From an uncultured Gemmatimonadales bacterium (GTDB lineage Bacteria; Gemmatimonadota; Gemmatimonadetes; Gemmatimonadales; GWC2-71-9), in contig CAVYSW010000003.1 of assembly GCA_963771275.1 (NCBI GenBank), positions 800,001-864,000 on the forward strand: a stretch of 64,000 bases of DNA. Direction: 5' to 3'. The notes beneath the pieces are model-generated. The model searched no databases and was not told the DNA's origin. It was given only the letters and a program-made list of their open reading frames with translations. This document shows positions 54,173-64,000 of this stretch, one piece after another (within the stretch, counting starts at the first letter, position 1; each line of letters begins with the position of its first letter). The translations under genes were made by a program, and so were the position numbers.

Positions 54173-55240
54173 ATGGCCCTTCTCGACGAGTTTGGCTGGG
54201 ACAGTGATTGGGCGTCAGCGCTCGCCGAAGTGGAGCATAGCGCGATTTCCCAGTGCGGGCGCGTTACCGCGCAATATCGAGGTCGTTGGACCGTTCAGCT
54301 CGAATCCGGTCCGGCCGGCGCGCGCATCACATCCGCGTCCTTTCATGCACCGATGCCGGTGACCGGTGACTGGGTGCTCGTCGAGCCAGGTCCGAGCCCC
54401 GACGATCCGGTCTCGATCCTCGACGTGCTTCCACGGCGGTCCGCCGTATCTCGGGGCGCAGCGGGGACCGGAACGACCGAACAGGTCCTGGCCGCCAATA
54501 TCGACGTGGCGTGGATCGTTCATGGTCTAGACGCGCCGCTCAGTCTCCGCCGTATCGAGCGCTACCTGGCTGTGACCTGGGAGAGCGGCGCCGTACCTGA
54601 AGTCGTCCTCACCAAGGCAGATCTCGACTCGGACGTAGCAGGTACGGTGGCGGCCGTCGAGTCAGTCGCCATGGGGACCGCCCTGCACGTCGTGAGTATT
54701 GAGCAGCCCGAGAGCCTCCGTGCCCTCCGCGGCAGCCTCAGGGCCGGACGTACGGTCGCGCTGCTCGGCCCGTCCGGAGCCGGGAAGTCGACGTTGATCA
54801 ACGCCCTCGCCGAAGTACCCCTGGCTGCGACCGCCCCGGTTCGCGAGACCGATCGTAGAGGGCGTCACACCACCGCGCGTCGCGAGCTGTTCCGTATGCC
54901 AGGCGGTGCCCTCTTGCTCGACACGCCTGGACTGCGCGAGCTGCGCGTCTGGGATCTGGCGGAGGGCCTGCGGCAGGCGTTCCCGGAGATCGAGGACCTC
55001 GCGGCGGCGTGTCGTTTCCGCGACTGCCGGCATGACGTGGAGCCGGGCTGTGCCGTCTTGGCCGCCGTCGCGGCGGGCACGCTGGACCCGGAACGGTTGG
55101 CGAGTTTCCGGAAGCTACGTGCCGAATCGGCGTACGCGGAGCGTAAGTCGGATCCGCTGGCCCGCGCATCAGCCGTCGCGAAGCACAAGACAGCGCTCAA
55201 GACGGTGAAGTACCACCCGAAGTATCGTCAGCAGGAATGA
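54173..55240 (+). CDS. rsgA: Ribosome small subunit-dependent GTPase
   Basis: TKAD, GPSGAGKS, GRHTT, DTPG, CRFRDCRH..EPGC. Confidence 0.92.
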   Translation: MALLDEFGWDSDWASALAEVEHSAISQCGRVTAQYRGRWTVQLESGPAGARITSASFHAPMPVTGDWVLVEPGPSPDDPVSILDVLPRRSAVSRGAAGTGTTEQVLAANIDVAWIVHGLDAPLSLRRIERYLAVTWESGAVPEVVLTKADLDSDVAGTVAAVESVAMGTALHVVSIEQPESLRALRGSLRAGRTVALLGPSGAGKSTLINALAEVPLAATAPVRETDRRGRHTTARRELFRMPGGALLLDTPGLRELRVWDLAEGLRQAFPEIEDLAAACRFRDCRHDVEPGCAVLAAVAAGTLDPERLASFRKLRAESAYAERKSDPLARASAVAKHKTALKTVKYHPKYRQQE

Positions 55241-55344
55241 AGCCGGTCCGACGTTTCGTTCACGCGCGTCGATCCCCTGCCGGCACCACGGGCGCATGAG
55301 CGTGATGGCGACCCAGTGAAGCCCAATCCGTCGGAGGGATCTCC

Positions 55345-56118
55345 ATGCCCGGGGCTATGAGGTGGTGGACCTGCTCCGTTCTGCTTCCCGCTCTGCTGGC
55401 GACGCTCGCTTCTCCCTCGCTCGCCCAGGCTCCCCGCGTCGAGCTTGATCACGTGTTCATCGTGGTCAAGCCTGGAGCGGGCGACGAGCTCAGGGCGCTG
55501 CGTTCCGCGGGCCTGACCGTCGCAGCCGACACGGCCCGCCATGAGGAGCAGGGAACGGCATCAGTCGCCGTGCTGTTCGAGAACGCATACCTCGAGCTGA
55601 TTTGGGTCGACAGCGCGGTCTCCGTGGCGCCGGACCATGCGGCCACTGCGCACTGGTTTCGCAGGGCCGCGGCGTGGCGAACGACCGGTCAGAGTCCTTT
55701 CGGCTTGGGATTGCGCCGGATGCCCGGTGACACGGCGGCGCTGCCCGTTCCGGTTGAGCGGGAACTCGCGCCGTGGCTCGGGCCGGGCGCCGCCTACGAG
55801 CTGCTCCATCAGCCTGCCGATTCGCTGGCGACAGACTTCTTCGTGGTTCCGGCCAGGGCCTCTCTACCAGCGTGGATCGCGCGGGAACGCGACCGTGCTC
55901 CTGAGCAGCTCCAGCATCCCGGTGGCGGTCGCCGGATCACCCTCGTGAGAGTGTACGGTCCGGCAGCGCAGGAGCCCATCGCCTTCGGCCGGCTTCGGCC
56001 TCGGCCGATCGAGATGCTCCGTGCCGCGGAGCCCGTGCTCGAGGTCCATCTGGATAACGACGTTCGCGGCCAGCGTGTGGATCTCCGCCCGCGTCTCCCG
56101 TTGATCATCGTACGTTGA
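55345..56118 (+). CDS. Secreted glyoxalase-like (VOC) protein
   Basis: LDHVFI, H..QGT, YLELIW. Confidence 0.75.
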   Translation: MPGAMRWWTCSVLLPALLATLASPSLAQAPRVELDHVFIVVKPGAGDELRALRSAGLTVAADTARHEEQGTASVAVLFENAYLELIWVDSAVSVAPDHAATAHWFRRAAAWRTTGQSPFGLGLRRMPGDTAALPVPVERELAPWLGPGAAYELLHQPADSLATDFFVVPARASLPAWIARERDRAPEQLQHPGGGRRITLVRVYGPAAQEPIAFGRLRPRPIEMLRAAEPVLEVHLDNDVRGQRVDLRPRLPLIIVR

Positions 56119-56213
56119 CGCCACGGCAAATGGAGATGCCTCACCGAAGGCCGCGCACCAACCGACCTTCCGATGTAGCTTAACGGTTTCCCCGACCATC
56201 GAGCGCTGACACG

Positions 56214-56672
56214 ATGAGCCTCTATCTCTGGCTGAAGGCGGTTCACGTACTCGCAGTCGCCATCTGGCTCGGCGCCGCGGTGACGGTCTCCGGCGTGGCC
56301 GGTCTCATGACACGCACTTCTGATCTGCACCGCATGGGCGCCTTGGCATCGGTGTGCGATTTTGCCAGCACACGACTCATTGCGCCTGCGGGAGGGATCA
56401 CCTTCCTGTTCGGCATCGTTGCGGTCTTCGTGGGTCATTTCGGTATGTCGCTTTGGGTGTGGTGGGGTGTGGTCGGCGCCCTGTTGGTACTCTCCGTGGG
56501 CGGAGCGATCCTCGGGCGAGGGTTCCGTCGGCTGGCGCGGCTATTGGAAGCACCGGCGGGGCGCGAGGCAGAGATTGGCGCCCTCGTGGGTCGGCTGCGA
56601 GCGGTTGGTGTCGGCGCGCTCGTGGTTCTTGTGTCGACGGTGCTCGTGATGGTGCTCAAGCCGACACTCTAG
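56214..56672 (+). CDS. DUF2269-like membrane protein
   Basis: KAVHVLA...LMVLKP. Confidence 0.8.
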   Translation: MSLYLWLKAVHVLAVAIWLGAAVTVSGVAGLMTRTSDLHRMGALASVCDFASTRLIAPAGGITFLFGIVAVFVGHFGMSLWVWWGVVGALLVLSVGGAILGRGFRRLARLLEAPAGREAEIGALVGRLRAVGVGALVVLVSTVLVMVLKPTL

Positions 56673-56686
56673 AGCCGCGCGGCCGC

Positions 56687-57256
56687 TTGTTCTCCGGTCT
56701 GCACACCTGTCCCTGGTGGCTCGCGTACACGTTCGATAACCCGCTGCGCCGCCTCGTGCACGACCCCGCAGCCCTGTTCCGCGGACTCGTGGCGCCGGGC
56801 CAAACCGTCGTCGACATCGGCTGCGGCCTGGGGTACTTCAGCCTCGCGCTCGCCGAGCTCGTCGGCTCGACCGGCCAGGTCGTCGCCCTGGACGTTCAGC
56901 CGGAGACGGTACGGCGCGCGCGACGGCGCGCGGAGCGCCGGGGCGTGGCGGATCGGATCGACTTTCGCGTCTGCGAACCGCGTCGACTGGGGTTCACCGG
57001 CCTGGCCGACTTCGTCTTGGCCTTCTGGATGGTCCATGAGCTGGCGGATCCGCGGGCGTTCTTCACGGAAGTCCGGTCGTTCATCCAGCCTGCCGGTCAC
57101 TGCTTCATCGCCGAGCCCAGGGGACACGTCTCCCCCGGGCGGTTCGCGGCCACGGTCGACCTCGCCCGTGCGAGCGGATTCGCGGTGGCCGACGGCCCGC
57201 GGGTGCGGTTCAGCCGATCGGTGGTATGCACGCCGCTGGTCCCGAGGAGCCGCTGA
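56687..57256 (+). CDS. Class I SAM-dependent methyltransferase
   Basis: VDIGCGLG, MVHE; start uncertain. Confidence 0.8.
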   Translation: MFSGLHTCPWWLAYTFDNPLRRLVHDPAALFRGLVAPGQTVVDIGCGLGYFSLALAELVGSTGQVVALDVQPETVRRARRRAERRGVADRIDFRVCEPRRLGFTGLADFVLAFWMVHELADPRAFFTEVRSFIQPAGHCFIAEPRGHVSPGRFAATVDLARASGFAVADGPRVRFSRSVVCTPLVPRSR

Positions 57257-57345
57257 CGGCGTCCTGATCTGAAACACGTCACCGCGGACGAAACCCTTCG
57301 GGCAGTCTGAGCGTCCAACGGAATGACCCCCAGACGGGTGTTCCA

Positions 57346-59883
57346 GTGACGCCACTCCTCGGCATCCTCTTGGCGCTTCAGGGCCAGGGGCCTCCCCCTG
57401 ATCCTCCCTCGGCGAGCGCCACCGCGGTGCCCGCCACGCGCGCCGCCGCACCGCCCATCATCGACGGGCGGGACGGTGACGCCGTCTGGCGCGCCGCGCC
57501 GGTGATCACCCAGTTCCTCGAGGCCCGGCCCAGCGAAGGCGCGGCCCCGAAGCTCGCGACCGAGGCGCGGGTCGCCTACGACGCGCGCAACCTCTACGTC
57601 TTCGTGCGCGCCTTCGACCCGCATCCCGACAGCATCGTGGCGCTGCTGTCGCGCCGCGACGATCAGACCGCGTCGGATCAGATCATCCTGCTGCTCGATT
57701 CCTACCACGACCGCCGTACGGGATACGAGTTCGCGGTGAATCCGGCCGGCGTCAAGGCGGACTATGCCATCTACAACGACGGGAACGAGGACGTCGCGTG
57801 GGACGCGATCTGGGACGTGGCGACCAGCATCGACTCGGTCGGGTGGATCGCCGAGTACCGCATCCCGCTGTCGCAGCTGCGCTACTCGGCCAAGGGGGAC
57901 GGCACCTTCGGCATCCTCATCTGGCGGGTGATTCAGCGCCACACCGCGACCGTGACGTGGCCGCTCTACCGCTCGTCCAGGTCCGGCTTCGTGTCCCAAT
58001 TCGGCGAGCTGACCGGGCTCGTGGACTTGGGGAGCCCGAGCAACGCGGAGATCACGCCGTACCTGGTGACCAAGAACGTGCAGGGCCCCGCGTCCGCCGA
58101 CTTCTCGCGCAGCCAGAAGCTCACCGGGGGCGGCGACCTCAAGTACCGCGTCGCTTCCAACCTGCTGCTCAACGCGACCGTCAACCCCGACTTCGGGCAG
58201 GTCGAAGCCGATCCCTCCGTCCTCAACCTCGGCGCCTTCGAGACCTTCTTCTCCGAGCGGCGGCCGTTCTTCGTGGAGGGCAAAGGCCTGTTCAGCTTCC
58301 CCGTGAACTGCGTCGTGGTGGTGGACTGCAACACCGGTGAAGGGCTGTTCTACTCACGCCGGATCGGCCGCGCCCCGCAACTTGCCGGCATCTACGAGGA
58401 CGAGGTCTCCGCGACCTCCACGCCCATCCTCGGCGCCGGGAAGGTGACCGGCCGGCTGCCAGGCGGCTTCTCCGTGGGGGTGCTCGACGCGGTGACGGGT
58501 CACGTTTCGGACTCCGCGGGGACTACCCTCGAACCCGCGACGAACTACGCCGTGATCCGCGGCAATCAGGACTACCATCACGGCGACGGCAGCGTTGGGT
58601 TCATCCTGACTGGCGTGAACCGGTGGCTCGATACCGCCGGCACGCCGTACCTCCATGGAAGCGCGTACGCCGGGGGGATCGACGCGCGGCGGCGGTTCGC
58701 CGGCCGGTTCGAGGTATCCGGATCGTTCGACGTGAGCCGGGTGGCCGGCTCGCCCGCGGCGATCGCCCGAACCCAGCGGACGACGGTCCACCTCTACCAG
58801 CGACCGGACGGCCCCCTGACGTTCGATGCGACGCGCACCTCGCTCACCGGCACGAACCTCGAGCTGCGCTTCGCCAAGGTCGGCGGCAAGCGGCTCCACT
58901 TCGAGACCGCCTACCAGCGGCGCTCGCCGGGCTTCGAGGTCAACGACCTCGGCTTCCTGCAGCAGGCCGACCAGCAGGCGTGGACCACGTGGGCCGCGCT
59001 GGCGTTCCTCACGCCCAACCGCGTGTTTCAGCAGCTCAGATGGAACTTCAACAACTGGGAGTACTGGAGCGCCGCCGGCCTCCCGACCGAGCGTGCATTC
59101 AACACCAACGTGCACACCCAGTTCACGAACCGCTGGTGGCTCCACCTGGGAGGCACGCTCGGGCAGCTCGGCGCCACCTACTGCGATCGCTGCGCGCGCG
59201 GCGGTCCCGCGATTCGGCAGGATCCGTACATCGCGCCCTGGGGCGGCATCTCGGGCGACGACCGCAAGGCGCTCGTCCCCTCCTTCTGGTTCAATTACTT
59301 CCGGGGTGATCAGGGTCGCTCGTCATCCATCAGCCTGTCGCCCGAGCTGGACCTCAAGGTCGCCAGCCGGTTCACGACGTCGCTCAGTGTGGACTACCGG
59401 CGGAACCGCAATGACAGCCAGTACTACGGGACCTTCACCGATTCCCTGGGGGCGCAGCACTACACCTTCGCGCACCTCGAGCAGAAGACGCTGAGCCTCA
59501 CGTGGCGGCTCGACTACACCTTCACGCCGACCGCGTCGCTCCAGATCTACGCCTCCCCCTTCGTGTCGAAGGGCACGTACAGCGACGTGCGCGAGCTGAG
59601 CGAGCCGCGCGCCGACGCGTACGCGGCGCGCTACCAGCCGTACGGCGATCGGTTCGTCACCCGCAAGCCCGGCGGGTTCAACGTGCAGGAGTTTCGCTCG
59701 AACGTCGTGTTTCGGTGGGAGTACCGGCGCGGCTCGACGCTGTTTCTGGTCTGGAGTCAGGGGCGGGAGGATTTCACGAAGCGCGAGGGGAGGGACTCGT
59801 TCGCCGGCGACTTCGCCAATCTGTTCGATCAGCGGCGGAACGATACGTTTCTCGTGAAGGTGTCGTACTGGCTGTCGCCGTGA
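57346..59883 (+). CDS. CBM9-like/DUF5916 outer-membrane protein
   Basis: NPDFGQVEAD...ERRPFFVEG, FYSRRIG, C-terminal KVSYW. Confidence 0.88.
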   Translation: MTPLLGILLALQGQGPPPDPPSASATAVPATRAAAPPIIDGRDGDAVWRAAPVITQFLEARPSEGAAPKLATEARVAYDARNLYVFVRAFDPHPDSIVALLSRRDDQTASDQIILLLDSYHDRRTGYEFAVNPAGVKADYAIYNDGNEDVAWDAIWDVATSIDSVGWIAEYRIPLSQLRYSAKGDGTFGILIWRVIQRHTATVTWPLYRSSRSGFVSQFGELTGLVDLGSPSNAEITPYLVTKNVQGPASADFSRSQKLTGGGDLKYRVASNLLLNATVNPDFGQVEADPSVLNLGAFETFFSERRPFFVEGKGLFSFPVNCVVVVDCNTGEGLFYSRRIGRAPQLAGIYEDEVSATSTPILGAGKVTGRLPGGFSVGVLDAVTGHVSDSAGTTLEPATNYAVIRGNQDYHHGDGSVGFILTGVNRWLDTAGTPYLHGSAYAGGIDARRRFAGRFEVSGSFDVSRVAGSPAAIARTQRTTVHLYQRPDGPLTFDATRTSLTGTNLELRFAKVGGKRLHFETAYQRRSPGFEVNDLGFLQQADQQAWTTWAALAFLTPNRVFQQLRWNFNNWEYWSAAGLPTERAFNTNVHTQFTNRWWLHLGGTLGQLGATYCDRCARGGPAIRQDPYIAPWGGISGDDRKALVPSFWFNYFRGDQGRSSSISLSPELDLKVASRFTTSLSVDYRRNRNDSQYYGTFTDSLGAQHYTFAHLEQKTLSLTWRLDYTFTPTASLQIYASPFVSKGTYSDVRELSEPRADAYAARYQPYGDRFVTRKPGGFNVQEFRSNVVFRWEYRRGSTLFLVWSQGREDFTKREGRDSFAGDFANLFDQRRNDTFLVKVSYWLSP

Positions 59884-60345
59884 GCGCGGGCTCCCCGTCG
59901 TCCACGACTCGGCTCTACCGCCCTGCGAGCCGAGCAGCCCGCGCACGCCGGGATCGTCGCCGTCACCGGCATCCCGTTCTACTCGATCTGCGCCCACCAC
60001 TTCCTGCCATTCTTCGGCACGGCCGACGTCGGCTACATTCCCGGCGAGCGCCTCGTCGGCCTGTCCAAGCTGGCCCGAGTCGTCGACTTCCATGCCCGCC
60101 GGCCGCAGCTCCAGGAGCGGTTGACGGAGCAAGTCGCGGCCCTGCTCGAAGAACGGCTCGCACCGGCCGGCGTCATCGTGTCGGTTGAGGCGCGTCATCT
60201 CTGCATGGAGATGCGCGGCGTGTCGCGGCCCGGGGTGACCACGACGACCACGGCCGTCCGCGGAACGCTCAAGGACGAGCGCCTGCAACGACAGTTCTTC
60301 GCGCGCCGGCGCGGCGGCGCGGGATCATCGACCTGGGAGACGTGA
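59884..60345 (+). pseudogene. folE: GTP cyclohydrolase I, N-terminally truncated
   Basis: SICAHHFLPF, GLSKLAR, QLQERLT, HLCMEMRG; in-frame stop at 59881 and no start codon. Confidence 0.8.
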
Positions 60346-61529
60346 CCATGCCGCACTATCGGTACCTGATCATCGGCGGCGGCATGACGGCCGACGCCGC
60401 CGTCCGGGGCGTCCGCGAGCTGGACGCCAACGGCTCCCTTGGGCTGATCGGCGCCGAGACCGAGCCGCCCTACGCGCGGCCCCCGCTTTCGAAGGCCTTG
60501 TGGAAAGGCACGCCGCTCGAGAGCGTGTGGCGGAAGACGGGCGAGGTGGATGTGGATCTCCATCTCGGGCGCCGCGCGACGGCCCTCGATCTCCGCGGCA
60601 AGCGGGTGCGTGACGACGGCGGCACGGACTACACGTTCGACAAACTGCTGCTCGCCACCGGAGGGACGCCGCGGCGCCTGCCGTTCGGCGGAGATCAGCT
60701 GATCTACTTCCGCACGCTCGACGACTACCGCCGGCTGCGCGCCCTGGCCGAACCGGGCAAGAGCTTCGCGGTGATCGGCGGTGGATTCATCGGCTCCGAG
60801 ATCGCGGCGGCGCTGGTGATGCAGGGCTGCACGGTCACGATGCTCTTTCCCGAGGACGGGATCGGCGCGCGCCTGTTTCCGGCGGATCTGGCGCGTTTCC
60901 TGGTCGGCTACTTCCGTGAGAAGGGCGTGGACGTGCGGCCCGGGGAGAGGGTCACGGGCGTGAGCCGGAGCCGCTCGCAGGTCGTCCTCCAAACGCAAGG
61001 CGGACTCCACCTTTCGGTGGACGCCGTGGTGGCCGGCATCGGGATCGTGCCCGACACGGACCTCGCCACGGCGGCCGGCCTGCAGGTGGAGGACGGCGTC
61101 GTTGTGGACGAGCACCTGCGGACGGCGCATCCCGACGTCTTCGCGGCCGGCGACGTCGCCCGCTTCATCGCCCCCGCGCTGGGCACGAGCCTCCGCGTGG
61201 AGCACGAGGACAACGCGCTCACGATGGGGCGCGCGGCCGGCCGGGCGATGGCCGGTGAGGCTTCATCCTACGCGCACCTGCCGTTCTTCTATTCGGACCT
61301 GTTCGAGCTGGGCTACGAGGCCGTCGGCGAGATGGACCCGCGCGGTGAGACGGTGACGGACTGGAAGGAGCCGTTCCGCGAGGGCGTGCTCTACTACCTA
61401 TCCGCCGGCCGAGTGCGCGGTGTGCTGTTGTGGAATAGCTGGGGCCAGGTGGACGCCGCGCGTGCACTGATCGCCGACCGCGGTCCTTTCCGCGCCGCGG
61501 ATCTCGTGGGTCGGCTGCCGTCGCAATGA
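60342..61529 (+). CDS. NAD(P)/FAD-dependent oxidoreductase (ferredoxin reductase-like)
   Basis: YARPPLSK, LATGG, GGGFIGSE, FAAGD, PFFYSD. Confidence 0.9.
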   Translation: MTMPHYRYLIIGGGMTADAAVRGVRELDANGSLGLIGAETEPPYARPPLSKALWKGTPLESVWRKTGEVDVDLHLGRRATALDLRGKRVRDDGGTDYTFDKLLLATGGTPRRLPFGGDQLIYFRTLDDYRRLRALAEPGKSFAVIGGGFIGSEIAAALVMQGCTVTMLFPEDGIGARLFPADLARFLVGYFREKGVDVRPGERVTGVSRSRSQVVLQTQGGLHLSVDAVVAGIGIVPDTDLATAAGLQVEDGVVVDEHLRTAHPDVFAAGDVARFIAPALGTSLRVEHEDNALTMGRAAGRAMAGEASSYAHLPFFYSDLFELGYEAVGEMDPRGETVTDWKEPFREGVLYYLSAGRVRGVLLWNSWGQVDAARALIADRGPFRAADLVGRLPSQ

Positions 61530-61586
61530 CCGCCTTGCCGTCTGAGACGCCCCGCCCCATGGCTGAGCACCCCTTCTCCCGCTCTG

Positions 61587-61841
61587 CTAGCTCCGATTCA
61601 GTCGCCCCTGCATGCCCATCAGGCGGTAGCTGTCGCGGAGCCAGGCCTGGACCTGGCCGTCGAGCTGGCCGGGCTCGGTGACGCGAAGCCGGTGGGACCA
61701 CCAGCCAGGCACCTTCTCCTCGACCCGCACGAAGCGGTTTGACGTGAGCGGCCGGGGCCACGAATGCCACATGTTCCGTGTGACCAGCTTGGCGCCGCAT
61801 TTTGGGCAGGTCCACAGCGGGACCCGGGATTTTGCGCTCAT
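61587..61841 (-). pseudogene. DUF5655-like protein, apparently internally deleted
   Basis: WTCPKCG...NMWHS joined directly to the C-terminal ...WLRDSY. Confidence 0.5.
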
Positions 61842-62107
61842 CGCGCGGTCGCCCGCTCCGCGGCCTCGGCGGACGTCACCACCGGAAGCACCTCGAACGC
61901 GACGAGGTCCGCCCAGCTCTGGAGCCACGCGTCGAGCAGCCGCCGGTCTTCAGTCTCCATGACCTGATAGCAGCGCGTGAGGTCCTGCGTGACCCAGCTC
62001 GCCACGTAGCGGAGCCCGTCCGTCAGGAGCCGCCCGCGCTCACCGACACGACGGTAGACGGGCGCCGCATCACCGCCGCGGAAGGTCTCGATGACCATGT
62101 AGAGCAC
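61838..62107 (-). CDS. DUF3303-like small protein
   Basis: YMVIETF...RCYQVME...WADLVAFEVLPV. Confidence 0.8.
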   Translation of the reverse strand: MLYMVIETFRGGDAAPVYRRVGERGRLLTDGLRYVASWVTQDLTRCYQVMETEDRRLLDAWLQSWADLVAFEVLPVVTSAEAAERATAR

Positions 62108-62139
62108 GCGTCCTCCGTCGGCCCGGGTCGAGGCCGCCG

Positions 62140-63494
62140 CTATGGCGATTTCGGCCGGCTGAAGAACTCCCGTTGCAGCTTGAGCAGGATCGGGATCGAG
62201 ACCAGGACCGAAATCAGGTTGGGAATCGCCATCAGGCCGTTCAGCGTGTCGGCGATGTCCCACACCAGATGCAGCGAGCCGGTGGCGCCGAGGTAGATGA
62301 ACACCAGCCAGGCCAGGCGGTACGGCAGCGCGCTGCGCGTCCCCAGCAGGTAGACGATGCCCGTCTCGCCGTAGTAGCTCCAGCCGATGATGGTCGAGAA
62401 CGCGAACAGCACGAGGCCGGTCGTCACGACGATGTCACCCCAGGTCCCGGGCAGGCCGGTCTCGAAGGCGCGCGCGGACAGCGCGGCGCCCGTCAAGCCA
62501 CTGCTCCACACCCCGGTCACCATGATCACGAGGCCCGTGACGGTGCAGATCAGAATCGTGTCGACGAACACCTCGAAGATGCCGTACATGCCCTGACGCA
62601 CCGGGTGATCCGTCATGGCCGCCGAGTGCACCATCGGGAGCACTGCCCAAGCCCGGCCTCGTTGGAGAACAGGCCGCGCGCCACGCCGTAGCGCATCGCG
62701 AGCATGATCGTGCTGCCGGCGAATCCGCCGACCGCGGCCGTGCCGGAGAAGGCGCCGTCGATCACGAGCCGCAAGGCGTGGGGCAGCTCCTCCAGTCGCA
62801 GGACGAGGATGAGGATGCCGCCGCCCAGGTAGAACAACGCCATGAAGGGAACGAGATATTGCGTCACGTCCGCGATCCGCGTGATGCCGCCCAGGATCAC
62901 GACGCCGGTGATCACGACCAGCACCACGCCGACAATGGCCGGCGAGATGTGAAAGGTGGCCCGCAGGCTCTCGGCCACCGAGTTGGCCTGCACCATATTG
63001 CCGATCCCGAACGCCGCGAGGGCGGTGAGCAGCGCGAAGATCGCGCCGAGCCACGGCGCGCGGAGCCCCTTCTTGAGCGTGTACATCGCGCCGCCGCGCA
63101 TCGTGCCCGACGCATCCGGCTCGCGATAGTGGAGCGCGATCACGATCTCGGAGAACTTGGTGGCCATGCCGACCAGCCCGGAGACCCAGAGCCAGAACAA
63201 CGCGCCGGGGCCGCCGAGGAAGATGGCCGTGGCCACGCCGGCGATGTTGCCCACCCCGACGGTGGAAGCGAGCGCGGTCGCGACCGCCTGAAACGGGGAC
63301 ACGCTGCCGGCGCCGGTACCCCGCTGGGTGAGCTTCCCCAGCACCTCCTTGAGCGCGGTGCCGAGGCGCCGGACCTGCACACCGCGGGTCAGGATGGTGA
63401 GCAACACGCCCGTGCCGATCAGCAGGATGAGCATGGGCGGGCCCCAAACGAGGCCATTCAGCGTGGTATTCCAGCGGGCGAGGAGATCCGTCAT
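62140..63494 (-). pseudogene. Alanine/glycine:cation symporter (AGCS), frameshift near 62645
   Basis: GVGNIAGVA, GGPGA, FSNEAGLG then frame change to HSAA..HPVRQG..DTILIC. Confidence 0.8.
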
Positions 63495-63650
63495 CTCGGC
63501 TCCGTGAGGCAAGAACGGCGCTGGGCTGGGGCGAGGGGGTGCACGAGCGGGTGGAGTATATCGCGAGGGTTCGGGGACTGCCAGACACGATCATCGCGCT
63601 TGACGTCCGATTCGGGCACCGGCACCTTGCCGCCCAACGGAGGACCGACG

Positions 63651-63842
63651 TCAGCGGGGGTCGAAGATGTCCTCGATCCTCCGGCCGAACAGCCGCGCGA
63701 TCTTGAACGCGAGCGAGAGGCTCGGCTCGTATTTCTCCGTCTCGACCGCGTTCACGGTCTGCCGCGACACGTCGAGGCGTTGCGCCAGTTCCGCCTGCGT
63801 CCAGTTGCGCTCCGCGCGCAGCACGCGCAGCGAGTTCTTCAT
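63651..63842 (-). CDS. XRE-family HTH regulator
   Basis: [29 protein letters not shown]. Confidence 0.92.
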   Translation of the reverse strand: MKNSLRVLRAERNWTQAELAQRLDVSRQTVNAVETEKYEPSLSLAFKIARLFGRRIEDIFDPR

Positions 63843-64000
63843 CGGTAACGACGCCAGGCCAGCCCCAACCCGGCGATGTAGAACAACGGCAGATAGGCCC
63901 ACACGTGCCGGTAGCTCCAGTCCTCGACCGGAAGGTCGACCGCCAACTGCAGCAGGCCGAGGGTCATGAGGAGCAGGATGGCCAGCGGGTAGGCGAACAC
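63839..64000 (-). CDS. Partial membrane protein coupled to the XRE gene
   Basis: ...[21 protein letters not shown] overlap; truncated by the window edge. Confidence 0.7.
   Translation of the reverse strand: MFAYPLAILLLMTLGLLQLAVDLPVEDWSYRHVWAYLPLFYIAGLGLAWRRYR

Noticed and set aside
53651..57256. Genes after the last attC as further cassettes
   Set aside because: No downstream attC found between them.

Overview
High-GC bacterial chromosomal DNA; the gene content suggests Gemmatimonadota, which is an inference. 1-32.5 kb: secreted hydrolases (M14, M3/Dcp, tricorn S41, GH38, CocE/NonD, alpha/beta hydrolase, arginase-like), msrB, TMEM175, a TonB receptor and an ECF sigma operon. 33.35-53.6 kb: an integron cassette array with a clear attI but no adjacent intI, about 11 attC sites (mostly ~140 bp), three toxin-antitoxin cassettes, candidate defence genes (NDT/TIR-like; a small protein plus a Rad50/RloC-like ATPase) and a J-domain protein. 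All five IS elements or remnants in the window (four IS110-family, one IS481) sit inside attC sites. The best signal is an intact IS110 (36217-37373). Its non-coding end encodes a readable bridge RNA, with target guides matching the attC R' crossover site it occupies, donor guides matching its own ends, and a promoter completed only on circularisation. 53.6-64 kb: housekeeping and accessory genes (rsgA, DUF5916, truncated folE, AGCS symporter). Several frameshifts and internal deletions may be real decay or assembly errors.
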